From a virus (taxonomy: Duplodnaviria; Caudoviricetes): 54,085 nt of DNA. Positions 8,492-16,067 of this stretch are shown here, piece by piece (positions within the stretch are counted from its first letter, which is position 1; every line of letters begins with the position of its first letter). The notes beneath the pieces were generated by a model. The model ran no database searches. It was not told the origin of the DNA and saw nothing but the letters and a program-made list of their open reading frames with translations. The translations under genes were made by a program, and so were the position numbers. The stretch spans positions 1 to 54,085 of the IMG/VR virus record IMGVR_UViG_3300030330_004653, one strand, 5' to 3'.

Positions 8492-8643
8492 TAGCGCACC
8501 TCCGTCAGGCCAAGAGTGCGGAGCGTGATGCGATACTGCCTGTCGCGCTCCTCACGGTATTTTTCTACCGAGTGGGCGAGTGCAGTAACGGCTGCGCCTG
8601 CACCGATGAAAGCCGCGCAGATAGCGATGAATGTGTAGTCCAT
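8491..8643 (-). CDS. First early gene; 50-aa protein with an N-terminal membrane helix (MDYTFIAICAAFIGAGAAV...)
   Basis: Translated by hand; AGGGAG RBS downstream of twister 5. Confidence 0.65.
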   Translation of the reverse strand: MDYTFIAICAAFIGAGAAVTALAHSVEKYREERDRQYRITLRTLGLTEVR

Positions 8644-8673
8644 GTGGTGTCTCCCTGTGGTGTGGTGGTTTGT

Positions 8674-8753
8674 CTGGGCTTGAGACCAGCGCAGCTAACC
8701 GCTGCGGCACGTTAATCAGCAGCACCTGCATGATGCGCTGCTGACCTCTCCGT
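8674..8753 (-). ncRNA. Twister ribozyme 5 (type P5); predicted cut at 8714/8713
   Basis: ACG-GAGAG-[GTCAGCAGC...GCTGCTGAT]-T^AA-CGT-GC-[CGCAGC ggtta GCTGCG]-[CTGG TCTCAAGC CCAG]; most divergent copy, with all helices kept. Confidence 0.88.
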
Positions 8754-8759
8754 ATAAGA

Positions 8760-8976
8760 TGTTTGTGGTGGCTGCTCGACACTGTCACGGTGTGTCGCTA
8801 CCGCCTGCTGCTGCGTGGTGGCTTACTCTTGTTTTGCGCTCTCCCCTCCGAGGGTGTGGTGTCGAGCGTCGAGGCATCAGCAGGTCGTTAAGTGCATCCC
8901 GTTACACTGGCCCTGAAGACTCTTGTCAGTCGATGCGGTGTGCAGGATGCGCGTGGCTGCCGCCAGCGGCCTGCGA
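8760..8976 (-). ncRNA. Candidate structured non-coding leader RNA
   Basis: No RBS-supported ORF; stems GCTCGACAC/GTGTCGAGC (8774-8782/8859-8867), GCATCCTG/CGGGATGC and GCAGG/CCTGC. Confidence 0.45.
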
Positions 8977-8995
8977 TATTCAATTTTCAAAGATC
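8977..8995 (-). promoter_or_regulatory. rrn-leader-like boxA (Nus antitermination) element
   Basis: GATCTTTGAAAATTGAATA about 15 nt after the predicted transcription start. Confidence 0.6.
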
Positions 8996-9016
8996 AATCA
9001 ATCAACTTCGACCCTA

Positions 9017-9045
9017 AAGATAGTCGGGTGAGCTATACTTGTCAA
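9017..9045 (-). promoter_or_regulatory. Strong sigma70-like early promoter
   Basis: TTGACA-N17-TATCTT with an upstream T-tract, at the point where strand polarity switches. Confidence 0.8.
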
Positions 9046-9144
9046 GAAAAAATCACACATGAGGTTAAGATTGTCCTGTGATTATGTTGTTTAACAGCAC
9101 CTAAGTCGTTAAATTACAAGCAATAGAAAAAAGGAGAGAGAAAC

Positions 9145-9606
9145 ATGCCCAGAGCAAAGAAAAGTGTGTTGACAGTCGAAATGCTGCCACCTCATGTCCA
9201 GCCATATGTCCCTAAAGGACTGGCAGACAGCGACTTACCGTTGTGGTATGCTGCTTTTGAGACTGGCCGCAGCGCGCAAACGGGGACATCCCCGCCTGAA
9301 AAAACTCCCCCCAGCAGGACTGCTGCAAAGCTACCTGCCATGCCGATACCTGAACCCTCTAACATTATAGAGATGAAGAATTATGGTGACCCTGAAGACG
9401 CTGACGATACGCTTGACGGGCTGCTGGGATACGCTCGACAGGCACGGCCCCAGATCGATAGTGCTCGACTGGCAGAGATCGCTCCACAGCACGATGAGAT
9501 AGCTAAATGGCTAAAGGCTAAGAGTCTGCCCAGCGGCAGGGTGATGGACAGCATATTGGACAATGTTATTGAGCGCACACCAGCAGTGCTAAAGACGGCA
9601 GGATAA
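9145..9606 (+). CDS. Hypothetical protein
   Basis: AAGGAG RBS; first gene of the plus-strand block. Confidence 0.75.
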   Translation: MPRAKKSVLTVEMLPPHVQPYVPKGLADSDLPLWYAAFETGRSAQTGTSPPEKTPPSRTAAKLPAMPIPEPSNIIEMKNYGDPEDADDTLDGLLGYARQARPQIDSARLAEIAPQHDEIAKWLKAKSLPSGRVMDSILDNVIERTPAVLKTAG

Positions 9607-9638
9607 TAACAACAGCGGCAGAGAGAGATAGAGAGAGA

Positions 9639-10082
9639 ATGAGCGAATCCATAAATCCCATAAATATGGATCAAAGGATCAATAAATCAGAGGAAAAGCG
9701 GCTAAAAACACCGGAAACATACCGCAACCACCTCAACCAGTACCGCAACCCTGACGGCACATTCACCAAGGGCAAGGCCGTAGGCAGGCCAAAGGGGGCC
9801 AGAAACAAGGTTACAGCCAGTCAGAAGATCTCTGAAGTCGAGCAGCGGATGGGTGTGACGCTCGACCCATTGGAGGGCATGGCACAGATAGCTGCTGACG
9901 AGACGAACGACATACAGGTCAGGCTGGCTGCGTTCAGGGAGATGGCGAAGTATCTGTATGCGCAGCGTAAAGCGGTGGACATGTCTATTGAGGAGACGAG
10001 AGGCGAAGCCAGCAGCCTGAGCGACAGCGACCTTGAGTCTATCATACAGGCAGACTTTGGGGGGAGTGAAGAGCAGGCTTAG
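9639..10082 (+). CDS. terS: Terminase small subunit (putative)
   Basis: G-T-F-x-KG...GRPKG-x-RNK motif; position upstream of terL. Confidence 0.7.
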   Translation: MSESINPINMDQRINKSEEKRLKTPETYRNHLNQYRNPDGTFTKGKAVGRPKGARNKVTASQKISEVEQRMGVTLDPLEGMAQIAADETNDIQVRLAAFREMAKYLYAQRKAVDMSIEETRGEASSLSDSDLESIIQADFGGSEEQA

Positions 10083-10368
10083 ACTCACCATAATAGGTAT
10101 TATCGTTAGTTAAAATCTGGGGTGGGGGAGGGCGTTTTCCTCCTTTTTTAGCCCTCTCCTGCTCCTCCTGTGAAACACGTGGAACGCTGCCGGTCTCTGT
10201 GAAACATTGTTCCACGGCCTGGCAGGGGGGGGGTAGGGGGGTCTCAGGGCAGCATGGGGGGGATACCACAAAACCGAGAATCGCAGGGGGTGGGGGCAAG
10301 ATGCATAAGGACCCACCCATACATATCGCACATAACTTTTTCATTTATGGCACTCCATAGGAGTCAGC

Positions 10369-11832
10369 ATGTCGATCACCGCACAGGAGGCTGCACAGGC
10401 CCTTATCGAACGCAGGAAAGCGCGTAATGGGTTGATGGACTTTGTCCTGCTAACCAAGCCTGACTTTGAGGTGGGGCCTCACCATGTAATGATAGCAGAC
10501 GCATTGGAGCGTGTAGAGCGTGGCGAGAACAAGCGATTGATGATCTTCTGTCCTCCTCGCCATACCAAGAGTGAGTTAGCTACTCGTCGCTTTCCTGCAT
10601 GGTATATGGGGCGCAATCCCAATACTCAGATCATTTCGGCTTCATATAACTCTGAGCTGTCTTCTGACTTTGGTAGGGAGGTCAGGAATCTGGTAGCCAG
10701 TGGTGTGTATAAGAAGGTCTTCCCTGATGCCATGCTAAGTGAGGACTCGCAGGCTGCTAACAGGTGGCACTTGAAGGAGGGGGGTGCATACATAGCGGCT
10801 GGTGTGGGGACGGCTATAACGGGTCGTGGTGCGAACCTTGCCATAGTGGATGATCCGATAAAGGACCGTCAGGAGGCTGACTCAGAGACCATACGTAACC
10901 GGATCTGGGATTGGTATCGATCTGTCCTATACACCCGTCTTATGCCGAATGGAGCCATTGTGATAATCCAGACCAGATGGCATGACGATGATCTGGCAGG
11001 CAGGCTCTTGCTGGAGCAGGATGAGGGAGGGGACCAGTGGGAGGTTATCAGCCTTCCTGCGTTAGCTGGGGCAGAGGATGCTCTGGGCAGGGAGGAGGGG
11101 GAGGCGTTGTGGCCTGAGTGGTATCCAGAGGAGCGGCTACTACAGGTTAAGTCGGTTATCGGGTCTCGTGACTGGTCTGCCCTGTATCAGCAGACTCCGC
11201 AGGCAGAGGAGGGAGGCTTCTTCCTTGCTGACTGGATCAAGACGGTCCCAGAGGTTCCAGAGAACCTGCGTATCTACGGGGCCAGTGACTATGCCACTAA
11301 AGATGGGGAGGGAGACTATACGGTTCATGGTGTGTGTGGTGTGGATGATGCAGACAACCTGTATGTCTTGGACTGGTGGCGTGGACAGACGCCCAGCGAT
11401 GTCTGGGTAGAGGTCTTTCTGGATATGGTGGACAAGTGGAAGCCGATCCAGTGGGCAGAGGAGGCAGGCCAGATTAGAGCCTCTCTGGACCCCTATATCA
11501 ACATGCGCCAGCGGGAGAGGCGTTCCTACTGTGTCAGGACCCCGTTTGCGTCTCGGTTCGATAAGCGGTCCAGAGCACGGGCCATACAAGCCCGTATGTC
11601 TTCGGGGAAGGTGTTTTTTGTGCGCGGTGCTCCATGGATGGAGGATCTCCGGTTGGAGGTCCTACGCTTCGACGCAGGCAAGAACGACGATCAGGTCGAT
11701 GTCTTGAGCTTGATGGGCAGGCTACTGGAGGACATGCAGGGAGCGGGACAGTTAAAGAACTGGTCTCCATCCCGCCATATCAGGAGGGTTTCCGTTGACA
11801 GCAGCCAAGAAGAAGTCGAGGGCGTTGTATAA
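10369..11832 (+). CDS. terL: Terminase large subunit
   Basis: PPRHTKS Walker A, AIVDDP Walker B, QTRWH coupling motif, LYQQ.P and nuclease DDQVD. Confidence 0.95.
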   Translation: MSITAQEAAQALIERRKARNGLMDFVLLTKPDFEVGPHHVMIADALERVERGENKRLMIFCPPRHTKSELATRRFPAWYMGRNPNTQIISASYNSELSSDFGREVRNLVASGVYKKVFPDAMLSEDSQAANRWHLKEGGAYIAAGVGTAITGRGANLAIVDDPIKDRQEADSETIRNRIWDWYRSVLYTRLMPNGAIVIIQTRWHDDDLAGRLLLEQDEGGDQWEVISLPALAGAEDALGREEGEALWPEWYPEERLLQVKSVIGSRDWSALYQQTPQAEEGGFFLADWIKTVPEVPENLRIYGASDYATKDGEGDYTVHGVCGVDDADNLYVLDWWRGQTPSDVWVEVFLDMVDKWKPIQWAEEAGQIRASLDPYINMRQRERRSYCVRTPFASRFDKRSRARAIQARMSSGKVFFVRGAPWMEDLRLEVLRFDAGKNDDQVDVLSLMGRLLEDMQGAGQLKNWSPSRHIRRVSVDSSQEEVEGVV

Positions 11833-12181
11833 CGTCTACCTAAGCGAGAGCCATGATGTCAGTAGGGTTGATGAGGTATGGAGTCATGGACGCAAATGGG
11901 AAGAAGAGGATATGAGCCGATTAGAGCGGTTAGCTGATCGCATAGGGCATGAGGATGCATTCTCTTTTGACGGTCTTGATGGAGCCATCATAGGCCATGG
12001 ATCGAAGTATCCTGAAGACAGTGTCCTGATCTACTCAGCCCAGCGGATTATAGACCTGCTTGTGCTCCAGAGTGGGATGAGCCGTGAGGAGGCTAAGGAG
12101 TATTTCAGCTTTAACATTGCCTGTCTGAGTGCAGGAGAGGGGACACCCATCATTGTCTGGGAATGCGAAGACAACGATTGA
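11795..12181 (+). CDS. Conserved phage hypothetical protein (start may be 11825 or 11912)
   Basis: DG.D.AIIG...YS...GM..EEA.EYF.FNI....G..TP pattern common in environmental phages. Confidence 0.7.
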   Translation: MTAAKKKSRALYNVYLSESHDVSRVDEVWSHGRKWEEEDMSRLERLADRIGHEDAFSFDGLDGAIIGHGSKYPEDSVLIYSAQRIIDLLVLQSGMSREEAKEYFSFNIACLSAGEGTPIIVWECEDND

Positions 12182-12356
12182 GTTGTCAGACGGCTCTACA
12201 ACATGGCTGTATAGGGATGACATTGTGGACATTGCCGTTGTGGGCAAGCGGAACTTTCATGGGGTTGTGAAGCTGCGAGATGGCAAGAGCTATCACCTGA
12301 GCGAAGAGCAGAACGTAGGCACACTTATTGACTTCTGGAGAGAGGGTTGGTTTTGA
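12129..12356 (+). CDS. Hypothetical protein (start uncertain)
   Basis: Fills the gap and overlaps both neighbours. Confidence 0.5.
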   Translation: MQERGHPSLSGNAKTTIELSDGSTTWLYRDDIVDIAVVGKRNFHGVVKLRDGKSYHLSEEQNVGTLIDFWREGWF

Positions 12357-13237
12357 ACGCAAACGTGGAAGTAAGGAAGCGAGTTGATCCCAGCTTTATT
12401 GAGATCTATGAGGGAGACGAGTGGCAGGTGTTCACTCGCGTATGGATGGGTATTGTCCCTCCACATGGGACAGAGGCTGGTTATGCGTGTGTGGTAGGTG
12501 AGGTGTATGATGATGACCCTCGACAGAAGCCCAGACCTAAGATCTTGCTGGATGAGGGGCAGGCCCTGCACCCAGATGATTGGGATGGAGAAGTTATTGA
12601 ATATTATGAAGATTTATTCTATACCGAGATTGACGGGGAGAATGTCGCAAAGCATACCAACCCCACCCTGCATGACTTGAGAATGGCATCCGTAGCCCTA
12701 AAAGACCTATATCAGGTCGATATGGGCTGGACCTTACCTGCTCACCCTCCCTTTACGCAGTTTTTGCGCTCAACAGAAGGGCTATGCCTGTATGATAGCG
12801 ACATTGATCCAGAGACATATAAACAGTGGTTTCCTACATATCGATCATCAGACAATGTGCTCTCTATTATGGACGAGCCTCCAATGGGAGATGATCAGGA
12901 ATATGGTAAGCAATTAGTCGAAACCTTACTTGCCCGTAATGAGTTGCAGGTAAATGAGCACTGCAAGCTGTTCCAGAACTCGCACCTATCCCATCCGGTC
13001 AGAGCGGTGGGACTTGTGTGTGCAGCGATGCAGGTGTGGGACTGGACGTTTGCCATACGGGATATCGAAGAGGGGGACGGGTATGAGGATATCATTGATG
13101 CGGACATGGAAGAAGAGGCTAAGGCCCAGCTAAATGCAGAAGATGCGGTCCGTTTGTGGCAAGCTGGCATAAATACGGGACTTAGCGATGAAGAGGCCCA
13201 AGCGATTGAAAATAGCATTTTTAGCAATGTGACATAA
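12347..13237 (+). CDS. Acidic hypothetical protein
   Basis: 296-aa ORF between terL and the portal. Confidence 0.8.
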   Translation: MVLNANVEVRKRVDPSFIEIYEGDEWQVFTRVWMGIVPPHGTEAGYACVVGEVYDDDPRQKPRPKILLDEGQALHPDDWDGEVIEYYEDLFYTEIDGENVAKHTNPTLHDLRMASVALKDLYQVDMGWTLPAHPPFTQFLRSTEGLCLYDSDIDPETYKQWFPTYRSSDNVLSIMDEPPMGDDQEYGKQLVETLLARNELQVNEHCKLFQNSHLSHPVRAVGLVCAAMQVWDWTFAIRDIEEGDGYEDIIDADMEEEAKAQLNAEDAVRLWQAGINTGLSDEEAQAIENSIFSNVT

Positions 13238-13245
13238 AAATGCAC

Positions 13246-13278
13246 TTGACAATAGTGTAATTACACATGATTATTAGC
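13246..13278 (+). promoter_or_regulatory. Candidate promoter with a palindromic operator
   Basis: TTGACA followed by the perfect palindrome GTGTAATTACAC; weak -10. Confidence 0.4.
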
Positions 13279-13369
13279 TTTGAGTAATAATTATTACTTA
13301 GCTTTTGGCTTGGCTCCTGATCGTGATGCCGCATGGTCAGGAGCCTCTAAGAAAAAAAAGAGAGTGGAG

Positions 13370-13513
13370 ATGCCGCATATGTATGGTAAGTCAATGATGA
13401 AGAAAAAGAAGAAGATGCCAGCCACTAAGGCTATGCCTAAGATGAAAGCTAAGCCCAAGGCGAAGGCAAAGGCTAAGAAGAAGGCCAAGTCCATGTATGG
13501 GTATGGTCGATAG
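13370..13513 (+). CDS. Lys/Ala-rich 47-aa basic protein
   Basis: MPHMYGKSMMKKKKK...KAKAKAKKKAK. Confidence 0.6.
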   Translation: MPHMYGKSMMKKKKKMPATKAMPKMKAKPKAKAKAKKKAKSMYGYGR

Positions 13514-13518
13514 TATAT

Positions 13519-15681
13519 ATGGCTGAACGAATAGATGATCATGCTGTATCGTGCAACGATAGGCTGCGCGATGGTGTAGCTGAAGCCAGTGAGTGGGCTT
13601 CGGAGGCGCGTAGGGCATGGTCATACTATGCCAGCAGGCAATATCAGAACATCAGCGAGAACGAGCGGTTCCGCATCATGCCGATTGTTGCCAATGTCAT
13701 CAGGCGTGATATGGACCAGATGGTCAACCGTGTCTTAGAAGCGACCCCCGTGGTCAATCCGGTGGGACGCTTTGGCAAGGACCATGAGTATGCTCGGATG
13801 ATGGTGGACCTGCTGCAATACACCCGTGATGCAGAGGAAAACTTCCACAACGATCTGGAGGACGTTATACAAGACTTCTTCTTTACTGGGGAAGGCGTGC
13901 TCTTTGAAGGGTGGAATCAGGATGCGGACGGGGGTATGGGGATGCCAGAGGCCCGATGGATCGATCCACGTTACATCGTATGGGACCCAGCCGCCAGAAA
14001 CTGGCAGCGAGACGATGCTGACTGGGTGATTCACTTTGAGCCTAAGAAGGTGGATTACATAAAAGATATCTACGGACTGGACGATGTTCAGCCAGACTAT
14101 CCTGACTTCTTTTTTGATAACAATGACATAAGCAGGTTTAGGGACTATGGACAGGGGCGTGGCAACTTTACCCAGACCCAGCTTGGGCGAGAGATTAGTA
14201 GTCCTGAAGATATGGCCTACGTCAAAACGATGTATGAAAAAGTATATCGTGAAGAGGTCCGATATCAGCTACCCGATGGAGAGATCGCAACGCTCACAGA
14301 TCCCATGGGGAATGAGCGGAACGTAACGCAGGATGACTATATCATGCTGCCGCCTGAGCGGCAAGCAGAGCTGACTAAAGTCAAGGCTCGGGTCCATGAG
14401 CTGATGGAGACGGTGGTTATTAATGAAGTCACCATCTCAAGGGAAAATAGTGTTTACTGCACCACCAATGGGGGGCATGGCAATTATCCATTTGCCTTCT
14501 TTAGCTATGTCAGGCTGCGTGATCGATCTCATGGCAAGGGAGAGATTGACTATCTGGTAGGGATGCAGGACCTGATCAACCGCACGCTCGCCCGTTGGCT
14601 TGAGCAGATGATGATTGCGGGATCAAACTATGTCATAGCACCTAAAGGCAGCTTGCCCAGAGAAGATGAAGAGAAGCTGAAAAACATTGGCCGCTATCCA
14701 TTGCAGATATTCCGACCCTTTGCAGGTTTTCAAGGACCGCAAATAGAAGGGGGCCGTGCCACGGGTTCAGATCTGTTCCAGAGTGGATATCAGCTTCTTT
14801 CTTCTGTGAAGGATAAGGTCAGTGGGGTGTATGATGTGCAGCGTGGGAACATGCCCTATGCTACATCGGGGATTGGTATCCAGTCTCTCCAGTCTGCTAC
14901 CGACCTCCTTACGACGATGCCCCGAAGGCACTTAGAGTCTGGGCTGAAGCGCGCAACAATTATGCGGATGAAGAATATCCTACAGTTCATGCGTGGCAGT
15001 CGTGTGGTTGACATTGTTGATGAGAAAGACAAGAAAGACCGGACCTTGTTTGTGGGGAACAGTATGGCAGAGATTGCAGCCGAGTATGGCTTGCAGCCTG
15101 CTGTTGATGAGGCTACAGGCATCCCAATGGTTGATCCTTTGTCTGGACAGCCGTTGATGCTGATAAATCCTGCTACCGGAGAGCAGGCCGACATCATGGT
15201 TCTCAATGAAGGCACTTCCGGTAAGTTCGATATGCGTAGGATTCGTCTGGAGCTTGACACTGAACGGGATCGTTCGCGTCAGGAGCGCATGGACTTTGCA
15301 CAGATGATCCTGCAAGCTGTTGGTCCAGCCTCCGCTCAGTGGGCCTTGGAGTTGATGGATGCGCCTAACAAGGAGCTTTTACTGACAGCGATGGAGCAGT
15401 CAGATACAGGCAAGCAGATCTTGGCCCAGTTTGAAGAAGCTGCACAGCAGATGGGGACAGACCCACAAGAATTGATACAAATGGTCATGCAGCAGTTGCA
15501 GATGCAAGTGCAAGCGGCTCAGGCCCCTCCGCAACAGGGACCACAAGGTCCTCCACAGGGACCACAGGGACCTCCTCAAGGACCACAAGGTCCCCCGCAG
15601 GGACCACAACCACAGGAGATGGCTAATGCCCCCCAAGAAGAAGGACCCCCGATTAGCGAGGGCGGGGGTCAGCGGATTTAA
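13519..15681 (+). CDS. Portal protein (P22-like)
   Basis: 720 aa; position; motifs TGEG, IVWDP, YPF, QDLIN, SGV and SGIGI; Q/P-rich tail. Confidence 0.88.
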   Translation: MAERIDDHAVSCNDRLRDGVAEASEWASEARRAWSYYASRQYQNISENERFRIMPIVANVIRRDMDQMVNRVLEATPVVNPVGRFGKDHEYARMMVDLLQYTRDAEENFHNDLEDVIQDFFFTGEGVLFEGWNQDADGGMGMPEARWIDPRYIVWDPAARNWQRDDADWVIHFEPKKVDYIKDIYGLDDVQPDYPDFFFDNNDISRFRDYGQGRGNFTQTQLGREISSPEDMAYVKTMYEKVYREEVRYQLPDGEIATLTDPMGNERNVTQDDYIMLPPERQAELTKVKARVHELMETVVINEVTISRENSVYCTTNGGHGNYPFAFFSYVRLRDRSHGKGEIDYLVGMQDLINRTLARWLEQMMIAGSNYVIAPKGSLPREDEEKLKNIGRYPLQIFRPFAGFQGPQIEGGRATGSDLFQSGYQLLSSVKDKVSGVYDVQRGNMPYATSGIGIQSLQSATDLLTTMPRRHLESGLKRATIMRMKNILQFMRGSRVVDIVDEKDKKDRTLFVGNSMAEIAAEYGLQPAVDEATGIPMVDPLSGQPLMLINPATGEQADIMVLNEGTSGKFDMRRIRLELDTERDRSRQERMDFAQMILQAVGPASAQWALELMDAPNKELLLTAMEQSDTGKQILAQFEEAAQQMGTDPQELIQMVMQQLQMQVQAAQAPPQQGPQGPPQGPQGPPQGPQGPPQGPQPQEMANAPQEEGPPISEGGGQRI
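15535..15612 (+). repeat. QGPQGPP tandem peptide repeat in the portal C-terminus
   Basis: About 3.5 synonymously varied 21-bp units. Confidence 0.85.
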
Positions 15682-15940
15682 TAAACCGAAGCGGACCCCC
15701 AACCATCCGAAAAAGTCCCATATAGTGGTAGCTAAAGAGGGGTCAAAAATAAAGACAATTCGCTACGGAGAACAGGGAGCAAAGACGGCTGGCAAACCTA
15801 AGAAGGGGGAGTCGCAGGCGATGAAAAAGAAGCGAGCCAGCTTCAAGGCTCGCCATGCTAAGAATATAGCAAAAGGAAAAATGAGCGCGGCCTATTGGGC
15901 TAACCGCACTAAATGGTTGTTTTTACTGTTCTTATGTTAG
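15626..15940 (+). CDS. Conserved basic phage protein (R.SFKARH...SAAYWA)
   Basis: AGGAG RBS inside the end of the portal gene; motif common in aquatic phages. Confidence 0.75.
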   Translation: MPPKKKDPRLARAGVSGFNKPKRTPNHPKKSHIVVAKEGSKIKTIRYGEQGAKTAGKPKKGESQAMKKKRASFKARHAKNIAKGKMSAAYWANRTKWLFLLFLC

Positions 15941-15978
15941 TTTTTTAACGGCATTACACACAATTTAAGTCTTTTTAT

Positions 15979-16017
15979 AACAGGTTCGGCATAACCATGC
16001 TGGACCTGTTTTTTTTG
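15979..16017 (+). terminator. Intrinsic terminator
   Basis: AACAGGTTCGGCAT-AACC-ATGCTGGACCTGTT followed by a T-run. Confidence 0.75.
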
Positions 16018-16067
16018 TCCTCAGCAAAAAATCATGTGCAATTATTTGCTGATTTAAAAGGAGCGGC

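Noticed and set aside
3935-8753. The repeated intergenic units as a CRISPR array or integron attC sites
   Set aside because: Spacing is 0.4-1.8 kb with whole genes between copies; no cas genes; no attC RYYYAAC/GTTRRRY ends; conservation follows the twister structure
10042-10344. Minus-strand Pro-rich ORFs between terS and terL
   Set aside because: They arise from the G-runs, are antisense to the late operon and lack an RBS
15535-15612. Collagen-like domain in the portal
   Set aside because: The period is 7 residues (QGPQGPP), not continuous Gly-X-Y; probably a disordered tail
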